This document shows, one piece after another, positions 51,183 through 59,867 of a stretch of 64,000 bases of DNA. Each line of letters starts with the position of its first letter. Positions within the stretch are counted from its first letter, which is position 1. A program made the position numbers and the translations under genes. The stretch covers positions 1 through 64,000 of the forward strand of contig CAWFFN010000005.1 of the NCBI GenBank assembly GCA_963815115.1. The letters run 5' to 3'. This DNA is from an uncultured delta proteobacterium (GTDB taxonomy: Bacteria > Desulfobacterota > Binatia > DP-6). A model generated the notes under the pieces. It saw only the letters and a list, made by a program, of their open reading frames with translations, was not told the DNA's origin and searched no databases.

Positions 51183-51395
51183 TTACGCCGGGACGAGGCC
51201 ACCTTCCACGACGAAAGCCACCTTCTCGTTGACGTGGTACTGCGCGATCTTGCCATCACGGACGACCGCCGTGCTGTGAAGGACGTCGAGCCCTGTGATG
51301 TGGCGAGGCGTCTCCGACGCGCGGGCGACGGCCAGCTGGGCCGCGTCGCTCCAGCTCTTGTCGGACACGCCGACGAGCTCGATCACCCGCACCAC
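51183..51395 (-). CDS. Dodecin-family protein
   Basis: VIELVGVSDKSWSDAA..A..RAS.T, DGKI..Y.V..KVAF. Confidence 0.85.
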   Translation of the reverse strand: MVRVIELVGVSDKSWSDAAQLAVARASETPRHITGLDVLHSTAVVRDGKIAQYHVNEKVAFVVEGGLVPA

Positions 51396-51476
51396 CGCGG
51401 GGCCTTCGCGTGCTCCGTTGCCTTCTGTGCCATGCTCGATTCTCTTCTCTGTGCTCCCAGAGTTGGGACGCCACCT

Positions 51477-52290
51477 TCAGGACACTGGCGAGCACTCGGC
51501 TAGGAGGCTCTCCAGGGCGTCGTCGAACGCCTCTGGCGCCTCCAGGCTTGTGAGATGGCCCGCGCCTGGAATGATCTCGATCCGCCCCCCGGAAGATGCG
51601 CTCGGCAGTCGCCCGGGCGAGCTCGGGCGGCGTGAAGACGTCCTCCTCTCCGGCGAGGCAGAGAACCGGACAGCGGATGCGCGGCAGACGGCTGGTCGAG
51701 TCGGGCCGAGCTGCCATCGCACGCAACGCCGCCGCGATACCCGCGGGCGTGTTCTGGCGGATCATCGCACGAACCTCGTCAAACAACGCCGGCCGCACTC
51801 GCTGGGTGGCCATCCCGACGAGCTTCGGCAGGAAGACATCGGCCGCGGCCTCGACATCGCTTGCCTCGACCTCGGTGGCGAGCTCGTGGCAAAGTGCCAC
51901 GATCTCCTCGGTCTCCGCGCCCGCGTCCGTCCCGGAGAGCAGCATGCCGACGAGGCGTGCCCCGAGCTCGTCGACCAGCCTGAGCGCGAGCTGGCCACCC
52001 ATGCCGAGCCCCACGACGACCACGCGGTCGACACGGCGCGTGTCGAGCGCCGTGAGCACCTCGCGGACGTAGTCGTCGAGCGAGAGCGGCAGTCCTCCCG
52101 CGGGAGGCGGGGGGCTCAGGCCGGACCCGGGCAGATCGGGCGCGAGGAGAGACGCGCGGCCGCGGAGCGCCTGCATCTGAGGCCCCCACATCCCTCCGTG
52201 CAGCGGAAAAGCGTGCAGCAGGAGGACGGCGGTCCCTCGCCCGACCTGGCGGACATGGAGCAGGCTAGGCCGGGCCTCTGTGCGCGGCAT
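51477..52290 (-). pseudogene. Alpha/beta hydrolase, frameshift near 51590; Gly at the nucleophile position
   Basis: LLHAFPL, PDLPGSG, GLGMGG, GEED, GAGHLTSLE. Confidence 0.8.
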
Positions 52291-52295
52291 GGGGC

Positions 52296-52526
52296 CTAGA
52301 GCACGTCCTCGACCCCGAGCCGCCCGGCGATCGCATAGAGTTTCTCGTGGATCGACTCGTTGGTGAGGCGCTGGATGTCGGACAATGCCTCGCAGTACTC
52401 GGTCAGGGCGCCGACCCACGCTTGCAGGCTCGCCAGCGTCGAGAGCGCCGCCCGTGCCTCCTCGATCCGGAACCGGGCCTGCTCCAGCCGTTCGGCAGCC
52501 TCCTCGAGATGCCTGGGTAGCGACAT
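52296..52526 (-). CDS. Small helical hypothetical protein
   Basis: 76 aa with GAGGAG RBS, between co-oriented genes. Confidence 0.7.
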   Translation of the reverse strand: MSLPRHLEEAAERLEQARFRIEEARAALSTLASLQAWVGALTEYCEALSDIQRLTNESIHEKLYAIAGRLGVEDVL

Positions 52527-52539
52527 GGTTCTCCTCGGC

Positions 52540-53028
52540 TCAGAGCTTGTAGCCGAGGCGCCGCAAGAGCGTCTTGCGCGCCGCGACATCGTTCTCGGTC
52601 TCGACACCTTTCGGGCGTGCGCCGTCGATCACCCCGAGGATGCCACGTCCCGTGGCCGTCTCGGCCACGATGATGTCGACGGGGTTGGCCGTCGCGCAGT
52701 AGATGCCGCAGACCTCGGGCACGTGCCGGATGACGGGCAATACGTTGATCGGGTAGCAATCGCGGAGGAGCACGAGGAAGCTGTGCCCCGCCCCGATCGC
52801 CTCCGCGTTCGTGCGGGCGAGCGTGGCGAGCTCGGCATCCGTGCCGCTCCACCGGACGAGGCAGGGTCCCGACGACTCGCAGAAGGCGAGGCCGAAGGTG
52901 ATGCCGGGCACGGCGGTGACCAGCGCTTCGTGGAGATCCTCGACCGTCTTAATGAAATGTGCCTGGCCGAGAATCAGGTTGACGGCCTCGGGTTTTTGGA
53001 TCGTTACGGAGACGAGATTCAGGACCAT
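52540..53028 (-). CDS. Adenosine-specific kinase family (DUF355) protein, intact copy
   Basis: ILGQAHFIKTVEDL, CATANP, GRGILGVIDG..PKGVE, LGYKL. Confidence 0.92.
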   Translation of the reverse strand: MVLNLVSVTIQKPEAVNLILGQAHFIKTVEDLHEALVTAVPGITFGLAFCESSGPCLVRWSGTDAELATLARTNAEAIGAGHSFLVLLRDCYPINVLPVIRHVPEVCGIYCATANPVDIIVAETATGRGILGVIDGARPKGVETENDVAARKTLLRRLGYKL

Positions 53029-53298
53029 GACTCTTCCTCCGTCAGAGGTTCAATCGCCGTGCCAGATGATGGGCGCAGCAGAATCGTCTCGAGATGTCCC
53101 TCAGGAGCGCGCGCTAGGGAAGCATGCTGGGACATCTTTCCTGGCCATGGGAAGCAATCTCGACCAGGCGGCCGCCTCGGCTCCTCAATGCTCCTCCTCC
53201 GCCTGCACGGCGCCCCGGATCGCCGGGTTGTCGTCAGGCCCGCACGCGCCAGCGCGCCTTCTCCGGACATAGAGCCGCCAAGGCATCCACGCGATAGG

Positions 53299-53832
53299 AT
53301 GAACGAGCCCACGGCCGCCACCCTGGCCTACGGACTCGACGCTGGGCCAAGAGCTCCGTATACGCACCCTACCTCGCCGCCGTGCGGGGGAGCCGCGGCA
53401 TCTCGAGCTCGACCTCACGCGGACCGAGCTCGAGCGCGTGCTGCGCCCGGTCGTCGAGCGCTGACGCGCTCCGGTCGAGCAGGCCCTCCACGATGCCGGC
53501 ATCCAGCCCGCGACGTCGACCGGGTCGTGTTCGCCGGCGGAGCTACCCCGGTGCCCGTCGTCCGCGCCTACTTCGAGAACCTCTTCGGCAGCCCGTCGAG
53601 ACAGGCGTCGACCCGATGGAGTGTGTGCGAGCGGGGCGGGATCCAGGCCGGCGTCCTCAGCGGGGAGGTCGGGAACATCGTCCTGATCGACGTGACTCCG
53701 CTCACCCTGCTCTTCACCACCGCCGCCGACATGCAGACGGCGGTGACCGTCCACGTCTTCCAGGGCGAGCGCCCGACGGCCGCGGACAACGCGTCGGCGA
53801 GTTCAGCCTCGTGGCGCTCCCGCCCGCGCAAT
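53299..53832 (+). pseudogene. dnaK: Collapsed dnaK remnant
   Basis: NEPTAATLAYGLD, VVFAGGAT.VP, VDPMECV, IQAGVLSGEV..IVLIDVTPLTL, FTTAAD.QT.V.VHVFQGER. Confidence 0.9.
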
Positions 53833-53835
53833 CGT

Positions 53836-53910
53836 GAGCCCGGCGCCGAGGAGCGCTTCAAGGAGATCGCTGAGGCCTACGCCGTCCTCAGCGATCCCAA
53901 GCGGCGGGCG
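53836..53910 (+). pseudogene. dnaJ: J-domain fragment
   Basis: AEERFKEIAEAYAVLSDPKRR. Confidence 0.8.
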
Positions 53911-53944
53911 GGCGATGAGTTCCGGCCCGGAACGAAGGGTTCCT

Positions 53945-54035
53945 TTCCGATCGTGGGAAGCTGACCCGCGGATCCTCTTGCCGATGAGAGGCCCCGGCAG
54001 TCACGGTCGACCCAGACCGTGGCAATGATCTTGCA
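53945..54035 (+). promoter_or_regulatory. Tandem activator-like sites plus sigma54 promoter for the site-2 protease
   Basis: TTCCG-N4-TGGGA at 53945, TCTTG-N4-TGAGA at 53976, TGGCAATGATCTTGCA at 54020-54035. Confidence 0.75.
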
Positions 54036-54049
54036 CTTCTTCGTCCCCA

Positions 54050-55315
54050 ATGGACGACGTGACAGCTCCCGAAAGACTTGAAGAAGCTCAGGCTCGCGTC
54101 CGCCCCGGAAAGGCCGTAGTCGGAAGGGAGTCGACCGTGCAGGGGTTGGATGCCGCCGCGGGCAGGGATCGTCACGGGGAGCCGCCGCCGAGAAGGCGGC
54201 ACGGCATCGAGCTGTTCGAGGTGGCGGGTATCCAGATCGCCGTCGATTGGTCCTGGCTCGTGACGTTCCTGCTCGTCCTCGTGAGCCTTTCGGCCGGCTA
54301 CTTTCCGCACCAGCACCCGGGCCACGGCGCCGGGTGGTACTGGGGCATCGGCGCAGTCGCCACGCTGCTCTTCTTCACTTCGGTAGTGATCCACGAGCTG
54401 GCGCACGCGCTCGTGGGCAGGCGACTCGGCCAGGAGGTGCGGCGCATCACGCTGTTCATCTTCGGCGGGATGGCGCATCTCTCGCGGGAGCCGCGAAGCG
54501 CCGCAGTCGAGCTCGCGATCGCCGCCGTCGGACCGATGACGAGCCTGCTGCTGGGTGGGGTCTTCTGGCTGATCGCCTCGTGGCTCGAGGCCATGGACGT
54601 GGGGGCGCTCTGGGTCGCGATGTGCAGCTACCTCGCCTTCATCAACGTCGCGCTGGCCGTCTTCAACCTGCTTCCCGGCTTCCCCCTCGACGGCGGTCGA
54701 ATGCTGCGGAGCGTGTTGTGGCTGCGCTCGGGCGACCTGCGCGCCGCCACGGCGCGGGCCGCCGACTGGAGCAGCGGCATCGCCCTCGGGCTGATGCTGC
54801 TCGGCGCCGTGCAGATCCTCGCAGGCAGCCTGATCGGTGGGCTCTGGTCGATCTTCATCGGCGCCTTCCTGCGTGGCGCCGCGCACGCCAGTTACGAGGG
54901 GGTCGTCGTCGAGCAGGTGCTCAGCGGGACCATCGTGCGCGACGCGATGATCCCGGACCCGATCACGGTGGTGCCCGGCGATCTGACGGTGGCGAGTGTG
55001 GTGGAGAACTACTTTCTCCGATACGGCTTCGGCGGCTTCCCGGTGGCCGACGACGGACAGATCACGGGCGTGCTCTCGCTGGGGGAGGTGAAGCGCTGCC
55101 CGTCGGATCAGCGTGCCTCTCGTCGCGTGCGCGAGTTCATGTGTCCGGCAAGTGACGTCGCCATCTCGGCCGACGCCACCGTGGCGGCGGCGCTTCGCCG
55201 CATGGTGCAGTCGGGCTGCAGCCGATTGCTGGTCGAGGACCGAGGGCGCGTCATCGGCCTGATCACGCAAACGGGCATCACGCGGTTCGTCCAGATCAAG
55301 ACGGAGCTCGGATAG
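54050..55315 (+). CDS. Site-2 protease (M50) with CBS pair, Rip3-like
   Basis: HELAH, FNLLPGFPLDGG, C-terminal CBS motifs. Confidence 0.93.
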   Translation: MDDVTAPERLEEAQARVRPGKAVVGRESTVQGLDAAAGRDRHGEPPPRRRHGIELFEVAGIQIAVDWSWLVTFLLVLVSLSAGYFPHQHPGHGAGWYWGIGAVATLLFFTSVVIHELAHALVGRRLGQEVRRITLFIFGGMAHLSREPRSAAVELAIAAVGPMTSLLLGGVFWLIASWLEAMDVGALWVAMCSYLAFINVALAVFNLLPGFPLDGGRMLRSVLWLRSGDLRAATARAADWSSGIALGLMLLGAVQILAGSLIGGLWSIFIGAFLRGAAHASYEGVVVEQVLSGTIVRDAMIPDPITVVPGDLTVASVVENYFLRYGFGGFPVADDGQITGVLSLGEVKRCPSDQRASRRVREFMCPASDVAISADATVAAALRRMVQSGCSRLLVEDRGRVIGLITQTGITRFVQIKTELG

Positions 55316-55354
55316 CGGGATTATCCAAGCGGCGGAGAGTCCGCTTCCCGTTCC

Positions 55355-55600
55355 TCACGTCGCCATGCGCTCGTCGACGGGGAAGACGCGGCTCGCCTGC
55401 GGGCCCCGCGTGCCGCGCTCGATCTCGACCTCCACGGGGGAGCCCGTTCTGGAGCGCGTCGAAGTCGAGCTCGTGGAGCGCGTTGCGATGGAAGTAGAGG
55501 TCTTCGCCCGCCTCGGTGGTGATGAAGCCGTACCCCCGCGTCCTGAAGACGCGCGCGATCGTTCCCGCCGGCCGCGGGCCCGGCGACTTCCCGAAGCCTC
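55355..55600 (-). pseudogene. Cold-shock-domain remnant of a second HPF-CSD gene
   Basis: GPRPAGTIARVFRTRGYGFI...YFHRNAL...GPQASRVFP; paralog of 50559-50790. Confidence 0.85.
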
Positions 55601-55904
55601 TCGGAGAAGATCGCATGTGCGAGGAGCGTCGCGGTGGTCGTGCCGTCGCCGACCGCATCGCCCGTCCGCTCGGCCGCCTCGCGGAGCATGCGGGCGGCGA
55701 GGTTCTCCTCGGGGTCCTTCAGCTCGACCTTCTTGACGATCGTGACTCCATCGTTGCACACGATCGGGCTGCCCAACTTCTTCTCGATGAGGACGCAGCG
55801 CGATTTGGGACCGAGGGTGACCCGCACCGCATCGGCGAGGACACCGGCGCCGCGCGGATCTTCTCGCGGGCCTCGGAGCGGAAGAAGAGCTGCCTGTGAG
55901 GCAT
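55601..55904 (-). pseudogene. groEL: groEL 5' fragment
   Basis: LADAVRVTLGPK, NDGVTI, GDGTTTATLLA. Confidence 0.92.
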
Positions 55905-55910
55905 GGTCAT

Positions 55911-56852
55911 TTACCGTCCGCACGTCACGGCCCCGCGAGGGGCTGGCCCCGCGTGCAAGCGTCCGATCGCATCGGCGAGGAGCGGAGCGAGGCTCACCAG
56001 CTCACGCGGCGTGCCGGCGTGGGTGCCCATGGCGACGCTGTCGGTGACGACGAGGCGGCGGATGGGAAGGCGGCCGAGGCGCTCCGTGGCCGGCCCAACG
56101 AGGAGGGCGTGGCTGACCGCCACGGTGACGTCCGGGATCGCCCCCGCGTCGAGGAGCGCACTGATGGCCGCCGCCACCGTACCGCCGGTGCTGATCATGT
56201 CGTCGATCACGATCGGCGTTCGACCGCGGACGTCGCCCACCAGGCCGCGCACACTCACCTCCGTGCCGCTCAAGCGGCTCTTGTGCACGAGCGCGATGGG
56301 GAGTTCGAGGAGCGCGGCGTAGCGTCCGGCCAGCTTCACCGCCCCGAGGTCGGGCGAGACGATCACCGCTTCGGGCGCAACTCCGGACCGGATGGTCTCG
56401 GCGAGAATGGCGGCCGCGCTCAGGTGCTCGAGGGGGACCGCGAAGCATCCTTCGATCGCGGGCGTGTGGAGATCGACTGCGACCACGCGGTCGAGGCCAC
56501 CGGCCTGCATGAGCTCGGCAACGAGACGCGCGCCGAGCGGCTCGCCTGCGTTCGTGCGCCGGTCCTGCCGGGCGTAGCCGAAGTAGGGAACGACGCCCGT
56601 GGTGCGCTCGGCTCCCGCACGGCGGCACGCGTCTGCCAGAAGGAGAAGCTCGAGGAGATGCTCGCCGACGGGCGGCCCGGTGGGCTGTACGATGTAGACG
56701 TCATCGCCCCGGACGTCCTCGCGGATCTGAATCTGCACCTCGCCATCGGGAAAATGCTCCAGCACCCGGCTCCCCGGCTTGAGGCCGAGACGCCCGGCGA
56801 CAGCCTCGGCGAGCGCTGGGTTCGCCGTCCCGGCGAAGACGTGGAGCTTCAT
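55911..56852 (-). CDS. prs: Ribose-phosphate pyrophosphokinase
   Basis: FPDGE, PYFGYARQDR, SPDLGA, IDDMISTGGT. Confidence 0.95.
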   Translation of the reverse strand: MKLHVFAGTANPALAEAVAGRLGLKPGSRVLEHFPDGEVQIQIREDVRGDDVYIVQPTGPPVGEHLLELLLLADACRRAGAERTTGVVPYFGYARQDRRTNAGEPLGARLVAELMQAGGLDRVVAVDLHTPAIEGCFAVPLEHLSAAAILAETIRSGVAPEAVIVSPDLGAVKLAGRYAALLELPIALVHKSRLSGTEVSVRGLVGDVRGRTPIVIDDMISTGGTVAAAISALLDAGAIPDVTVAVSHALLVGPATERLGRLPIRRLVVTDSVAMGTHAGTPRELVSLAPLLADAIGRLHAGPAPRGAVTCGR

Positions 56853-57529
56853 CGCCTGGCCCGCGCAGCGGGTGGCCTCGAGGCCGCGGGCTTCGCCCGC
56901 AGATGCTCGCGAAACCAGGCGGTCGCGAGGCGGACCACCTCGTCGAGCGTCCCCGGCTCCTCGAAGAGATGGCTCGCGCCCGGAACGATCGTGAGACGCT
57001 TCTCGCAGCGCAGGCGCCGCAGCGCGTTCTCGTTCATGGCGATCACCGGCCGGTCGTCGCCGCCGACGATGAGCAGCGTCGGCGCGTGCACGCGGGGCAG
57101 AATGGGCATGGCGAGGTCGGGGCGGCCGCCGCGCGAGACCACCGCGGCGACGGCGGGGTCGTTGGCCGCGGCGATGAGCGCGGCGGCGGCTCCCGTGCTT
57201 GCCCCGAAGTACCCGACCGGGAGGTCTCGCGTGGCCGGCTGGCCGCGAACCCATTCGGTGGCGGCGCGCAGCCGGCGGGCGAGTAGCTCCACATCGAAGA
57301 CCAAGGTCCGGTCCAAGGCTTCGTCCGGCGTGAGGAGGTCGAAGATCAGGGTCGCGATGGCGGCGTCCCGCAGCGCGCCGGCGACGTAGGTGTTGCGGGG
57401 GCTCAGGCGGCTGCTGCCGCTGCCGTGCGCGAAGAGCACGATTCCCCGGGCCTCCGGCGGTACACCCAGCAGCCCTTCGAGTACCACCGGGTCGGCTGGA
57501 ATGTGCGAGGTTGCCACGGGAGCGCTCAT
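56849..57529 (-). CDS. Dienelactone-hydrolase-like protein (copy 2)
   Basis: FAHGSGSSRLSPRN, GYFGASTG, HLFEEPG. Confidence 0.92.
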   Translation of the reverse strand: MSAPVATSHIPADPVVLEGLLGVPPEARGIVLFAHGSGSSRLSPRNTYVAGALRDAAIATLIFDLLTPDEALDRTLVFDVELLARRLRAATEWVRGQPATRDLPVGYFGASTGAAAALIAAANDPAVAAVVSRGGRPDLAMPILPRVHAPTLLIVGGDDRPVIAMNENALRRLRCEKRLTIVPGASHLFEEPGTLDEVVRLATAWFREHLRAKPAASRPPAARARR

Positions 57530-57602
57530 TTCATTCCTCCTCCGACGGCGGGCGATCAGGGGCGAGGTAGTCGAGCGCAGCCTTCATTGTGACCTCCCGA
57601 TC

Positions 57603-58229
57603 TCACGCCGCCGAAGCCGCGGCGCGGATGAGCCGCGCCGTGACCTCGTCGTCGGACATCTGCGGAAACTCGTCGTAAAAGGCGCCGACGGCTCCGAAGG
57701 GCTCTGGTGTGGCGAGGACAACGAGCTGGTCCACCATCCGCCGGAGCACGGTGGCCACATCGGGCGGCGCGACGGGAATGGCGAGCACGAGGCGTTCGGG
57801 CCTGTGACGGCGGAGGGCGCGGATCGCGGCGATGACGGTCGACCCCGTCGCGACGCCATCGTCGACGAGGATGACGGTGGCGCGCTCAGGGAGCGCAAGG
57901 ACGCCGCCGCCGCGGAAGCGCCGCTGGCGGGCGGCGATCTCTTCGCGCTGGTGCTCGATCTCGCCGAAGACATAGTGCTCGGAGGCGACGGCGAACGCGT
58001 GGCCCTCTTCATTGAGGTAGAACTCGCCGCCCTCGGCCACCGCGCCGATCGCCAGCTCGGGGTTGCCTGGCGCACGGAGCTTGCGGACGATGACCACGCC
58101 GAGGGAAGCTCGAGGGCGTCGGCGATCTCCGCAGCAGGCACGACCCCTCCGCGGGGAAGCCCGAGGACGACGGTGCGGGGGCGGCCACGATAGGCCCGCA
58201 GCCGCTCGACGAGACGGCGCGGAACCTCA
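57603..58229 (-). pseudogene. Phosphoribosyltransferase (copy 2), frameshifted
   Basis: LGLPRGGV, VRKLRAPGNPELAIGAV and VDDGVATG in different frames. Confidence 0.85.
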
Positions 58230-58256
58230 CGGGCCTCGCAACTTCATGCCGCATCG

Positions 58257-58781
58257 CTACCTCCGCGGTGCCGGGTGGCTCCGCGAGCGCAACGCCCGCT
58301 GGTGCTCGCCGGCGGCGGTCACGACTCCGCCGGCGACGACCACGTCCTCCTCGACGTAGAGGGCACCGCCGCGCAGCAGTTCGTGTTTTGCGCGAGGAAG
58401 CCCATACACGGTCGCGCGCAGGCCACGCAGGAGTCCTGCGCGCGCCGCCACCGCGCCGGAGAGGCAGATGGCGGCGACCGGGATGCCATCGGCATGGGTG
58501 ACGCGCAGGAGGGCATGCAAAGTGCCGTTCTCCCACAGGTACGTTGGAGCTCGGGCTCCCCCGACGATGGCGGCATAGCGGTCTGGATCCGCCGCCTCGA
58601 CGGTGAGATCCGGCTTCACGTCGGCACCTTGCATTCCCCGTGCGAGTCCGGCTGTCGTCGAGACGATCTCGACCACCGCCCCCTCGGCCTCGAAGAACGC
58701 CTTGGGCTCGAGCAGCTCCTCGTCGCGGAAGTCGGTGGGCGCTATGACCATCAGCACGTGCCGGCCTTCGAGCGAGCGCAT
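58257..58781 (-). CDS. DJ-1/PfpI-family protein (small deletions, altered C-terminus; possibly decaying)
   Basis: IAPTDFRDEEL, AAICLS, RATV, VVTA. Confidence 0.82.
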   Translation of the reverse strand: MRSLEGRHVLMVIAPTDFRDEELLEPKAFFEAEGAVVEIVSTTAGLARGMQGADVKPDLTVEAADPDRYAAIVGGARAPTYLWENGTLHALLRVTHADGIPVAAICLSGAVAARAGLLRGLRATVYGLPRAKHELLRGGALYVEEDVVVAGGVVTAAGEHQRALRSRSHPAPRR

Positions 58782-58788
58782 ATCGGCT

Positions 58789-58804
58789 AGCAACCGGGTT
58801 GCCA
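58789..58804 (-). promoter_or_regulatory. sigma54 promoter
   Basis: TGGCAACCCGGTTGCT. Confidence 0.75.
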
Positions 58805-58907
58805 GACCATTCTCCCGGAGCGAAGGGGTTACTTGCGACTGTGGGAACGTGGGTGCACCCCCGACCGCCGGACCGCGCGCGCCGAAGCGACAGCCCGCCT
58901 GCGGTCG

Positions 58908-59306
58908 TCAGACCTCCTGGTCCTGAAGCGTCTCGCGCAGCTCGTGCTCGAGCTGCTCGACGCGTTGCTCCAGTATCCCGATACGCTGCGTCAGCGTGGT
59001 CAGCTCCTCGAGCCCGCCACCGGCCGTCCCCTTGCGGCCGGCATCGGCCAGCCGGGTGAGCTGCTTCTCGAACGACTCGACGAGGCGACGCCCCCGGGTC
59101 TCGAGGTCCTTCAGGGATCGATCGGCTCGGCTGCGTAGTTCATCGTGCACCTTGCGAGCATCCCGATTCGATCTCCGCGCGTGTCCGCGGGCGAAGGTCG
59201 TCGTCTCGCGGCGGATCTGCCCTATGAACCATTCGCCCTCGCTGCGGAGGTGCTTCACGGAATCGCGGACTTGTGCAACCGAATTCCCTGTGGTCGAGCG
59301 TGGCAT
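58908..59306 (-). CDS. Phasin-like coiled-coil protein
   Basis: Amphipathic helices ending EELTTLTQRIGILEQRVEQLE. Confidence 0.55.
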   Translation of the reverse strand: MPRSTTGNSVAQVRDSVKHLRSEGEWFIGQIRRETTTFARGHARRSNRDARKVHDELRSRADRSLKDLETRGRRLVESFEKQLTRLADAGRKGTAGGGLEELTTLTQRIGILEQRVEQLEHELRETLQDQEV

Positions 59307-59399
59307 GCAGCTTCCCTCCGGGGTGGAATGACGCCATGCAGGTGGCATGGGCTGGCTCTCTCAGGAAGGTCCGAGAGGCTGGAAATTTGGCGGAGGTTT

Positions 59400-59413
59400 T
59401 CTCAGTAATGAGA
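59400..59413. promoter_or_regulatory. Perfect copy of the candidate activator palindrome
   Basis: TCTCA-GTAA-TGAGA in the divergent intergenic region. Confidence 0.55.
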
Positions 59414-59824
59414 GGCAAGGGGATTGCCTGAGCAAACAGTCGAGCAGCCTCGTCGTGCCCTCTGTCACCAGATTCGGATCGTCGATGTCGGGCCAGGTCT
59501 CGCCGGTGCAATAGCCGTGCTCGCGCAGTGCCTCGAACCGACGCTCCCGCTGTATCCGCTCGTACGCCGGCCCTTCTCCGTCGCGGGCGCTCGATCAGGA
59601 CTCGGTGTCATCCTTCATGAAGCTCAAGGTGGAACAATCGTACCGGGAAGACCACGTCGGGTTCTCCCCGAGGGGCGCGTGGCGGAGATATTGCAGCTCC
59701 GCCGAGCTCATGCGCGCTTTACGCGACGTCGTGCAGCGCGCCCGCGCGCCAGCACGCTGCGCAGCTCGGAGCTGTCCGAGCCGACGATCGCCGTGGCGAG
59801 CGTGGCGATCGGCCGCAGAAGTGC

Positions 59825-59840
59825 TGGCATGCCACCTGCA
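59825..59840 (+). promoter_or_regulatory. sigma54 promoter for the djlA-like-acs-pdh operon
   Basis: TGGCATGCCACCTGCA followed by AGGAGG and ATG at 59868. Confidence 0.7.
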
Positions 59841-59867
59841 TTCACGCGTCCGACAGGAGGTGCCACC

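Noticed and set aside
58237-58251. sigma54-like CGGCATGAAGTTGCG upstream of PRT copy 2 (also near-matches at 6731, 24919, 51417 and 59321)
   Set aside because: Spacing off by one or -12 GC missing; may be decayed promoters, so not counted
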